DNA from: a virus
Lineage: Duplodnaviria > Caudoviricetes
IMG/VR virus record: IMGVR_UViG_3300011008_000041
Coordinates: 1 to 64,000 of that record
Reading direction: 5' to 3' (one strand)
Length of the DNA: 64,000 nucleotides
Shown piece after piece: positions 9,570-16,835 of this stretch (position 1 is its first letter; each line of letters starts with the position of its first letter). The notes under the pieces are model-generated. The model was given only the letters and a program-made list of their open reading frames with translations. It was not told the DNA's origin and did not search any database. The translations under genes and the position numbers were made by a program.

Positions 9570-10510
9570 GTAACCTCCGCGTTGATGTAGCAGCCCGCCT
9601 CCTTGCTCCACTTGAAGCCGAGGGAGGCAACCTTTTTCTTGAGCATTTCCGACGCCTCTTTCTTTGAGGTCAGCGCGTGGTCCAGTTCAGGCAGCGCTTT
9701 CGCGGCAGCGTCGGCGCTTTCGAGATCGTGGATGTTCTCAACGATCTCGGTGACCTCGACCATGACGTGCTCGTACTGTTCGCGGAGGGGGGCAAACGCC
9801 TCGTTCTCTGCGGCGATATTCGCCTTGGCCTCATCAAACAGGCGGGTCAGAAAGTCGTTCTTATCATTCGGGCCAATGGCCGGGATGGGCCGTCTGCCGA
9901 CAATGCCGTGACAGCCTTTTGCAAAGAACTCCTGTTCGGGGGTGAAGCAGATAACGCGCTGATCACCGATCATCTGAACGTAGCCACCGAAGTCACAGGG
10001 CGTCCATACGGTATTGCGGACGCTGCCCTCACAGACAAGGCGCTGGATGGGATTGCCGTCTTTGTCTGCGCCCTCATTGGAATGGAACACATAGATGATG
10101 TTCTTGTTGAGGCGGGTCTTCACATCCTCGGTAAAGCGGTTCCATTCCGACTTGACGAAACCGAAGCCTTTGAGCCCGTTGAACTCGCCGCTCTTGGTCT
10201 TCGCTCCTTTCTCGGTCATGGCCCAGTCTTTGAGGAACGTCACAAAGCTGCCGCCCGTGTCGATCACCACCGTCTGGTAGTCCCGCATATCGGGCGAGTT
10301 GATGTCCTGCAGAACTTCCAGATAGGTGTTGCAGAACGCGGTATCCTTGCGGTGGGCGGCAGACACGCGGGAAATGCCGCGGTCGAAGTCCAGCAGGATC
10401 GGATCAGGGGCAGACAGTGCCAGCGTGGTCTTGCCGACGCCGGGCGAGCCGTAGATGATCATGGAGAACTTCTTATCGGAAAAGTTCATATTCTCAGGCT
10501 TTACGATCAT
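9566..10510 (-). CDS. Sak4-like/AAA_24 ATPase (phage recombinase)
   Basis: Walker A GSPGVGKTT, LLDFDRG, Walker B TVVIDT. Confidence 0.85.
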   Translation of the reverse strand: MIVKPENMNFSDKKFSMIIYGSPGVGKTTLALSAPDPILLDFDRGISRVSAAHRKDTAFCNTYLEVLQDINSPDMRDYQTVVIDTGGSFVTFLKDWAMTEKGAKTKSGEFNGLKGFGFVKSEWNRFTEDVKTRLNKNIIYVFHSNEGADKDGNPIQRLVCEGSVRNTVWTPCDFGGYVQMIGDQRVICFTPEQEFFAKGCHGIVGRRPIPAIGPNDKNDFLTRLFDEAKANIAAENEAFAPLREQYEHVMVEVTEIVENIHDLESADAAAKALPELDHALTSKKEASEMLKKKVASLGFKWSKEAGCYINAEVT

Positions 10511-10524
10511 TGCTCCCGCTCCTT

Positions 10525-10908
10525 TCAGCCGAGTTCGGCCAGCAGCGCCAGCAGTTCATCCTCGGACTTATTCTGCAGAGAAGCATCCTGCTTCTGGGCA
10601 AGGATTTCCATGATGCGCTTCTTCTTGTCCGCGTTTTCCTTCGCCTGCTTCTTGGCGGCGATCTCCGCCTGCTTGACGTCGAAAACGTGCCGGACGATTG
10701 CCAGTTTGCGGGTGAGGGTCTTATCCTCGACGGTCTGAGAAGAAAGCAGGGACTCCTCGTCTGCCTTTTTCTTCTCCGCGTTCAGTGCCCGGAAGACCTT
10801 ATCCAGATCGGCGGGCGAGAGATCATAAAGATCCTCGGTGGTGATAACGCCGCGGAAGGGGAAGCGGTATTTGTTCGCCGCCGCAATCTCAAAGATGTTT
10901 TCGTTCAT
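10525..10908 (-). CDS. conserved coiled-coil phage protein
   Basis: KYRFPFRGVITTEDLYDL N-terminus; RBS. Confidence 0.75.
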   Translation of the reverse strand: MNENIFEIAAANKYRFPFRGVITTEDLYDLSPADLDKVFRALNAEKKKADEESLLSSQTVEDKTLTRKLAIVRHVFDVKQAEIAAKKQAKENADKKKRIMEILAQKQDASLQNKSEDELLALLAELG

Positions 10909-11000
10909 GAGTAAAAACTCCTTTCAAATTTGCATATTTGTGTTCGATAATGAAAATTTGGGGGCGTGTTCTTTAATTACCAGGCAATGCCGGGTGGTAA

Positions 11001-13043
11001 TTAAAAGAGGATTTTCATAATTCGTTCTGTGGCTCCTTTGACCTTAACCACCAGCGTATTCCGCTTGGTGGAGCTGAAGCCAAGTCCGGAGAGCTGGTCG
11101 GGCACGGTCTGAACAGCCATCTTGCCGCCGAGCGCCTCGAATACCCGCTTGTGTTCAGCAAGCTCCTGTTTCAGAAACTCGTTATAAAAGCCGTTGGGCT
11201 GTTCGGGGTTGACGCAGTCTTTGAGCATGAAGAAGTAGTGGCGATGGCCGATGCCTGTCTGAGCGTCCCAGTAATTGGGGGAATACATTGCTACAGTCAC
11301 GGGGACAAAGTTGTTGGTTTTCACGCCCCACAGATCAACCGATGCTGTATCGGCGGGAAGTTTGGTAACGATAGTGAACGTTCCATCCGGTTTCAGCTGG
11401 ACAGCGGCAACATCGACGTTTTCGCCCTGGCGGAGTTCTTTGCGGTAGTCGAACCGGAAGATTTGTCCATCGAATTCGATTTCTGCCCGAAAACCATCAC
11501 GCCCACCGCGATTGGCATACTGGTGTACGAAGAAGTTGTAAACACCGGGATACATGCGGCGCTTATCGGGCCAGGTGATGTTTTCTACCGCAGGAACTCC
11601 ATCAATTGGGTGGGTAATGTCCACGTCGAGGTTGCCTCCGTCAGAAACCCGCTTATGACCGAAGAAGATATGCTCATCCATCGGCGTTATACAATGCGCA
11701 TCGAGGTCGTTCCGGCTGTATTCGCCTGTATCATTCCACTGAATGGAAAAGCGCAGAACGCCATCCACCCGGCCACCGGCCGATTTGACATTTTCCTTCA
11801 CGTCGCTATCGGTGATGTTTCCGGAATAGGCCCAGGAAAACGAGTTGTTCCACTTGAACATGCTAGGCGCGTCGGCGTTCACCGGGGCGATAAGGGACAC
11901 CATGTTGGGAGCATGGCGGTTCTCCACATACACCTCCATTTCGGTCACGCAAGGGAGCACATCGGCAATGAACTTATTCACCGGGATTTCCTCGGCGCGG
12001 TCGAACCGCTTAGGTGTGGTTTTCGCCTCAGAGAGCATTTCGTCGAACACGGAGCCGCCAATTCTCTTGGAAGCGTCGCGATTGGAAAACAGGATGTTGT
12101 TCACGGTGATATCATCCAGGGTTGCGAAGCGCCGAGGCAGAGAATCCATATAGCCCAGATCGGTGATTTTCTGCTTAGCCTCCTCCAGCATCCTCGCGGT
12201 AAAGATAGCTTTAGGCCGCTTGTAGTTTGCCGGGGCAACGATCTTCTCGTAGCGTGTCACCGCGGCATTCAGATCCATACCCGAGGACACATCCGTCAGC
12301 AGGACGCCGATAGAATGATTGCGGATGCGCCCGATCACAGAACCAACATTGGGCGCCTCTTTCCACGCAAAGAGCGATTTCTTCTCTTCGGACAGCATGT
12401 CATAGACCTCTTTGCGGGATTTGAACGCCGCAAGAGGCTTTTTCCACTCCTCGCCCTTGTAGAGCGTATTGGATACGATCAGTTCCAGGATGGTGTCGAG
12501 GGCGACCATGCTGATTTCGTCCAGCGAGCGCTTGAATACGTTGCGAGTGTCCCGGCGCTGGCCACGCGCGGTATCGATAGTGTCTCGCGTAGTGTTCGTG
12601 AGATAGCCCGGAAGAAGCAGGTGGAAATGATCCCATGCCCTAATCTTTCCGTTGTCGTTCTCGTGAGAAACGTCAGTGCCTATATAGCGTTCTCTTGCGA
12701 TGTAGTAGCCCGTGATGTTGCATCCAGTCACATAGGCCGCAAGCGCATCCATGACAGGCTGGTAGGTGGTGCTCCCGGTGTCGAATTCAAAGATGCTGTG
12801 CATCGTCAGATCGTCATCGATGTACACAACGCCGCCAATTTCCTTGATGAAGTGGCGGCAGCAGGAACAGTCGTGTTCCCGGCGCTCCCGGAAGATTTCG
12901 TTTGTACCGGCAGGGAAACTGTCAAGGTACAGGTTCCAAAGGGCATCTTTATCGACATCCGTTTCAAACAACAGTCGTTCGGGATCCTCGACGGACCGTT
13001 TGAAATTTGCCAAGAGCTTGAGTTTCATTTCTTTGAAGCTCAT
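11001..13043 (-). CDS. 680-aa conserved phage protein with HDCSCC motif and YfaP/DUF2135-like domain
   Basis: HDCSCCRHFI; VLRFSIQW..NDLDAHC..GNLDVDI..AVENITW. Confidence 0.8.
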   Translation of the reverse strand: MSFKEMKLKLLANFKRSVEDPERLLFETDVDKDALWNLYLDSFPAGTNEIFRERREHDCSCCRHFIKEIGGVVYIDDDLTMHSIFEFDTGSTTYQPVMDALAAYVTGCNITGYYIARERYIGTDVSHENDNGKIRAWDHFHLLLPGYLTNTTRDTIDTARGQRRDTRNVFKRSLDEISMVALDTILELIVSNTLYKGEEWKKPLAAFKSRKEVYDMLSEEKKSLFAWKEAPNVGSVIGRIRNHSIGVLLTDVSSGMDLNAAVTRYEKIVAPANYKRPKAIFTARMLEEAKQKITDLGYMDSLPRRFATLDDITVNNILFSNRDASKRIGGSVFDEMLSEAKTTPKRFDRAEEIPVNKFIADVLPCVTEMEVYVENRHAPNMVSLIAPVNADAPSMFKWNNSFSWAYSGNITDSDVKENVKSAGGRVDGVLRFSIQWNDTGEYSRNDLDAHCITPMDEHIFFGHKRVSDGGNLDVDITHPIDGVPAVENITWPDKRRMYPGVYNFFVHQYANRGGRDGFRAEIEFDGQIFRFDYRKELRQGENVDVAAVQLKPDGTFTIVTKLPADTASVDLWGVKTNNFVPVTVAMYSPNYWDAQTGIGHRHYFFMLKDCVNPEQPNGFYNEFLKQELAEHKRVFEALGGKMAVQTVPDQLSGLGFSSTKRNTLVVKVKGATERIMKILF

Positions 13044-13064
13044 AAGGCGCTGTTCTCCTTTCTA

Positions 13065-13634
13065 TTAATCATAGGTTTCGCGGGCTTCCATCTGCTTTAC
13101 ACCGCCCTCCCAGCAATCGCGGCAGTATACACCGGCGAAGTACCGGCCCGCGATCTCGGCGGTGCTGATGATCTTCCCGCATTTTGAGCAGGGGATATAA
13201 CCCTCGCAAAACTGCTTGGTTTGCTCCTCGATCCACTCGATGAAGTCGTCAGTTGGCGGTTGGCTCATGCTACGGATCGTAAACTCACCGATATGTCGGT
13301 CGAAGTCATCCCACAAGGAAAACAGGCCAGCATCTAGCCGTATTCCTTTGTGCGTGTTGTGGTAAACGGAGAACTTGAACCGCTTGTTTTCTCGGATAAG
13401 GTAGAACTCGTGGTTGCCAAGGTTCATTTGCATGAGCTCGTTCCGCAGGGCGTGAACCTTGTCCAGCATTTCAACGCCCTCATCCCATGTCACCCCGCAG
13501 CGCTGCATTTCCCGAAACACATTCCTGGGATAGATCTGTTTCGTTACGGTGTTGAACCAGGGGTAAACAGGCAAGCCGACAAAGAGTTCCTGCCAGATAC
13601 TCTCGATCAGATTGGCTTGTTTAGTCCGCTCCAT
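13065..13634 (-). CDS. hypothetical protein with C-terminal Zn finger
   Basis: CSKC..CRDC; RBS before MERTK. Confidence 0.65.
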   Translation of the reverse strand: MERTKQANLIESIWQELFVGLPVYPWFNTVTKQIYPRNVFREMQRCGVTWDEGVEMLDKVHALRNELMQMNLGNHEFYLIRENKRFKFSVYHNTHKGIRLDAGLFSLWDDFDRHIGEFTIRSMSQPPTDDFIEWIEEQTKQFCEGYIPCSKCGKIISTAEIAGRYFAGVYCRDCWEGGVKQMEARETYD

Positions 13635-14193
13635 ACTTCGCCTCCATCTTCTCGATGAATGCATCGACCTGAGCGGTGACCCAGTCCTGGACGGTCTCAT
13701 AGCCCTCGGCCTCGATGTACCTCTGTAACCGCAGGAACTTGTCATCCGGGAGTCGCCCCGCAACACGGGCTGTATACCTATGTCTGCCGCTCCGGTGCTT
13801 TTTCGTCGGCGTGGAAGCGGTCTCATGAGGCGGCGCGGGTTCATCTTCAATGCGGGTCACTCCCGATCCTCCGCAGGGCGGGAGGGGTGGCGCCGGCTCT
13901 TCGGCTGGCACGTTGGCAATGTTGTCCCGAAGAATGGCAAAACCGCCAGGATGAAGTACACAGCCGTACAGGTTCGGCCGGGTGCATTTCGATACGACGG
14001 TTTTATCCAACTTCGGATAGTGTGATCGCAGAAGCCTCGTCGCGTCCTTGGGCGTCAGAGAAGCCGCGTTGATCGCGCCTCTCAGGTCATACCGTTTGAC
14101 AGCGGCATCGAACTCTGCTAAGATGTCTGTGGGTTTACTAGCCTTGGGGTCGTTGTGTGCCAGCACAGCGGCCTCGTTTTCTTTTGTGATCAT
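13621..14193 (-). CDS. hypothetical (possible DNA-binding) protein
   Basis: Coupled ORF; C-terminal RHH-like segment. Confidence 0.6.
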   Translation of the reverse strand: MITKENEAAVLAHNDPKASKPTDILAEFDAAVKRYDLRGAINAASLTPKDATRLLRSHYPKLDKTVVSKCTRPNLYGCVLHPGGFAILRDNIANVPAEEPAPPLPPCGGSGVTRIEDEPAPPHETASTPTKKHRSGRHRYTARVAGRLPDDKFLRLQRYIEAEGYETVQDWVTAQVDAFIEKMEAKYGAD

Positions 14194-14639
14194 GCGATAT
14201 TCTCCTGACTGATGTTGTCCATAGCCTCGAACACCGCGGCCAGCTCCGAGAGCGCCCGGTATTTCGCCTTGAATGCCTCAAGCTCTTCCAGCGCGTTCGT
14301 CAGAAGTGCCTTGCGCAGTTCCTCGTTGCTCATGGCCGCATAAAGGGTCGTGTAGCCCTTTTCCGCATGAACGAACTGTCGGACCGGCGTATCGTCCGCG
14401 GCCTCCTGGACAGTAATGTTTCGGATGATGTACTGTGCCTGCACAGTGCGAAATCGCTCCGCAGCGACACGATCATCCCACTCGAACAGAGCGTGAAGCG
14501 GAGCGTCCTCCGCACGGCTGGCATCAACCACCGCCTGCGGTGTCAGTGTCCCGTCCTTGCTCTGGTCCCTGATGCGGTTCAGCTCGGCGACCGCCGTTTG
14601 AACCGGTACCTTCATCGGGATCTTCCATTGATAGGTCAT
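14190..14639 (-). CDS. conserved protein immediately downstream of the GGY-NN array (putative accessory factor)
   Basis: Strong RBS (agaaaggagg); LTPQAVVDASRAEDAPLHALFEWDDRVAAERFRTVQAQYIIRNI motif. Confidence 0.8.
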   Translation of the reverse strand: MTYQWKIPMKVPVQTAVAELNRIRDQSKDGTLTPQAVVDASRAEDAPLHALFEWDDRVAAERFRTVQAQYIIRNITVQEAADDTPVRQFVHAEKGYTTLYAAMSNEELRKALLTNALEELEAFKAKYRALSELAAVFEAMDNISQENIA

Positions 14640-14678
14640 TGGGGTTTCCTCCTTTCTTTCAGATTTGCTCTTCACGGC

Positions 14679-15819
14679 GCGCCTAAACTAGCCGTGCCTC
14701 GGCGACCCAAACCACGCCTGCCCATCCGCTCCGGACCGCACCACAACGCATCATTCCAAACCACGCCTGCCAAACCGAACCCTTCCGATCCCATCCGCAC
14801 CGGACCTAACCTTGCCTGCCATACCACGTCCACCCTCGGCTCTACCGACCTCGCCATCCATGCCTGCCAGCCTTGCCATTCCGTACCGCGCCGAACCTTG
14901 CGTCAACGCGCCATGCCGAGCCGCGCCTGCCATAACGTTCCCTTCCGGGCCCAACTCTGCCTTGACAAGCCATGCCAGCCAGTCCACACCTGAGCATGCC
15001 GTTTCCCACCGGAACTGACCTCGCCTTGCCCGCCATGCCTCACAGATCCAAAGCGAACACTACCGAAGCCAACCATGCCCGCCGCGCGTAGCCACCTCGT
15101 ACCGTAACTAGCCTCAGCAAACCGGGCCTGCCATGCCCAGCCATGTCCCGCCTTGACGTTCCGAACCTGAACGGACCATGACTGCCAAACCGCCCGTGCC
15201 GTACCGGGCGCAGCCTACCCGGACCATGCCAGCCGTACCGTACCAAAGCCCACCACAACAAGCCGTGCCATGTCACACCGGAACTGCCTTGCCTGGACGT
15301 GCCTGACCTCGCGTCGACTTTCCACGCCTAGCCTAGCCTGGCAAACCGTACCGAAGCTCATCCAACCGGAACCAACCGAGCCCCGCCTAAACCCGCCTGT
15401 CATATATGTACCGAGCCCAGCCCCGCAAAGCCGTTCCACAACTGGCCCTTCCTTGCCTGCCGCACCGAGCCTTTCCAGACCGTGCCTAGCCCCAGCGAAG
15501 CATGCCCCGCCTGCCGCACCGAGCCGAACCTTGCCAAACCCCGCAAGACCCAGCCTAAACAGAGCGAACCGTGCCTTGCCTGCCTTGCCGGACCTAGCCG
15601 GGACAAACCGGGACTTGACACACCTAGCCTGCCGGGCCATTCCACGCTCTGCCACGACGCACCGCTCAGGACCACGCCATTACGTGACTTGCCTTGCCTG
15701 CCAGTCCATGCCATAACGAGACGCGCCAAGCCCCGCCATCCTTACCCTGACCGCCGTACCGAACCAATCCAGAACGGGCCCAGCCAAACCGGAACATGAC
15801 TTACCCAGCCGTGCCTGTC
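14679..15819 (-). ncRNA. array of about 21 putative guide RNAs built from GGY-NN pentamers (VIPR-like)
   Basis: Strict 5-nt periodicity (plus strand NN+RCC-like triplet), broken every 8-13 pentamers by a 4-nt unit (tgcc/agcc/cgcc; GGCAGGC on minus). Starts 7 nt after the RAMP stop; no credible ORF. Confidence 0.85.
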
Positions 15820-15825
15820 GCGGAA

Positions 15826-16494
15826 TTACTCGATATGAAACATTCCTGACTGCCCGGATTTCTCGACACGCCACTCACCGATGCCGCAGACCATCCCGGC
15901 AGCGTTGATCATGTTCACGATATTCTCCAGGGAATACTGGCCGTTCTTGTTGTATTTCAGGATCACGTCTGTGCTCCAATTGCGGAACTCGCCGCGGTAA
16001 CGGAGATCGGCGGTGCCAAGGCCGACTTTGACCATATCCTCGCGCATGATCGGGGGGTCGCTAATGATCTCCAGCATGTCGAGGCCGCTATCCCCGAGTT
16101 GGCCGACGCCGTACAGGAAGAACGCACCCTGCAGGGAGACCTTGTCCTTCGACCACCCCATACGATAGGCGGCGCTTATCGCAGCCTTTTTGAGTCCGAC
16201 CACAGGGAAACCAAACCGGGCACCCTTGGCGATGGCCTCCTCAAACGCCTCCTCGGTCATTTCCGTGGGCTTCTCGGTGAGCCAGTACATGGAGTTGATG
16301 AAATCCTCGACGGGGTTCTTTACGGGCTTCTTCTTGCCCTTCGCGAGGCCCATCTGCGCCTCCAGCATCTGCCGCTTGGCCTTCTCGCTCCAGCAGTGGA
16401 CGATCAGGGGCGTGTCACCGACGATATGAAGGGTGACCTGGGCCATGTCCAGAGGGCGAACTTCAACGATCTCATCATTCTTCTTGGTTGCCAT
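15826..16494 (-). CDS. stand-alone Cas7/RAMP-like protein (Vipr-like), 222 aa
   Basis: RBS+ATG at 16494; VTLHIVGDTPLIVH strand, FGFPVVGLKKAAISAA helix (cf. IPGSSLKG), C-terminal Gly loop GMVCGIGEWRVEKSGQSGMF. No other cas genes in the window. Confidence 0.8.
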   Translation of the reverse strand: MATKKNDEIVEVRPLDMAQVTLHIVGDTPLIVHCWSEKAKRQMLEAQMGLAKGKKKPVKNPVEDFINSMYWLTEKPTEMTEEAFEEAIAKGARFGFPVVGLKKAAISAAYRMGWSKDKVSLQGAFFLYGVGQLGDSGLDMLEIISDPPIMREDMVKVGLGTADLRYRGEFRNWSTDVILKYNKNGQYSLENIVNMINAAGMVCGIGEWRVEKSGQSGMFHIE

Positions 16495-16523
16495 TTGCAA
16501 TTTCCTTTCTGCCGTGCTATAAT
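16495..16523 (+). promoter_or_regulatory. sigma70-type promoter TTGCAA-17-TATAAT with extended -10, antisense to the early operon
   Basis: ttgcaa 16495-16500, tgc+tataat 16515-16523. Confidence 0.6.
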
Positions 16524-16552
16524 GACGGCGCAACAAAATATTTTTGGTGTTT

Positions 16553-16591
16553 GCCGCTTCGGATGTTCCAGCATCCGGGGCGGCGCTTTTT
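16553..16591 (+). terminator. GC hairpin plus T-run
   Basis: gccgcttcggatg-ttccag-catccggggcggc-gcttttt. Confidence 0.55.
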
Positions 16592-16835
16592 ATTCCTGTT
16601 CTGGAACAGAAATCTCGATCTCGCCATCCATGGCATTCAGCTTGTCGATTGTGATCCCTGCGGCTTCAAGTTCCTTGCCTTTCCTCTCGTACATCCGCAG
16701 GGTGTACATCTGCTGTCGGCGTCGGTACCGAATTCGCTCTTCCTTTTTGGCGAGCTTCACATGCGGCGACGCTTGGAGGCGTCTGATTTCCTCCTCGACC
16801 TCGGCATCCGTCATGCACCGCTTACCTTCTGCCAC
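16590..16835 (-). CDS. hypothetical protein
   Basis: Short ORF with RBS. Confidence 0.65.
   Translation of the reverse strand: MAEGKRCMTDAEVEEEIRRLQASPHVKLAKKEERIRYRRRQQMYTLRMYERKGKELEAAGITIDKLNAMDGEIEISVPEQE

Noticed and set aside
11151-13187. 678-aa plus-strand ORF
   Set aside because: Antisense shadow of the 680-aa gene; no RBS or motifs. The same applies to 30967-33855, 34123-35661, 49227-50837 and 16099-17238.
14679-15819. CRISPR array or simple VNTR
   Set aside because: No constant 23-50 bp repeat with unique spacers, and the NN content differs in every unit, unlike tandem duplication.
14672-15874. Many overlapping Arg/Gly/Pro-rich ORFs on both strands in the repeat region
   Set aside because: No RBS, mutually overlapping, and composition explained by the GGY-NN periodicity; period 5 is not codon-compatible.
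16650-16680. Guide 14772 matches KELEAAGIT in the 16590-16835 gene at 6/9 dinucleotides
   Set aside because: About 0.5 such matches per guide are expected by chance in 128 kb (both strands), so it is not evidence of self-targeting.
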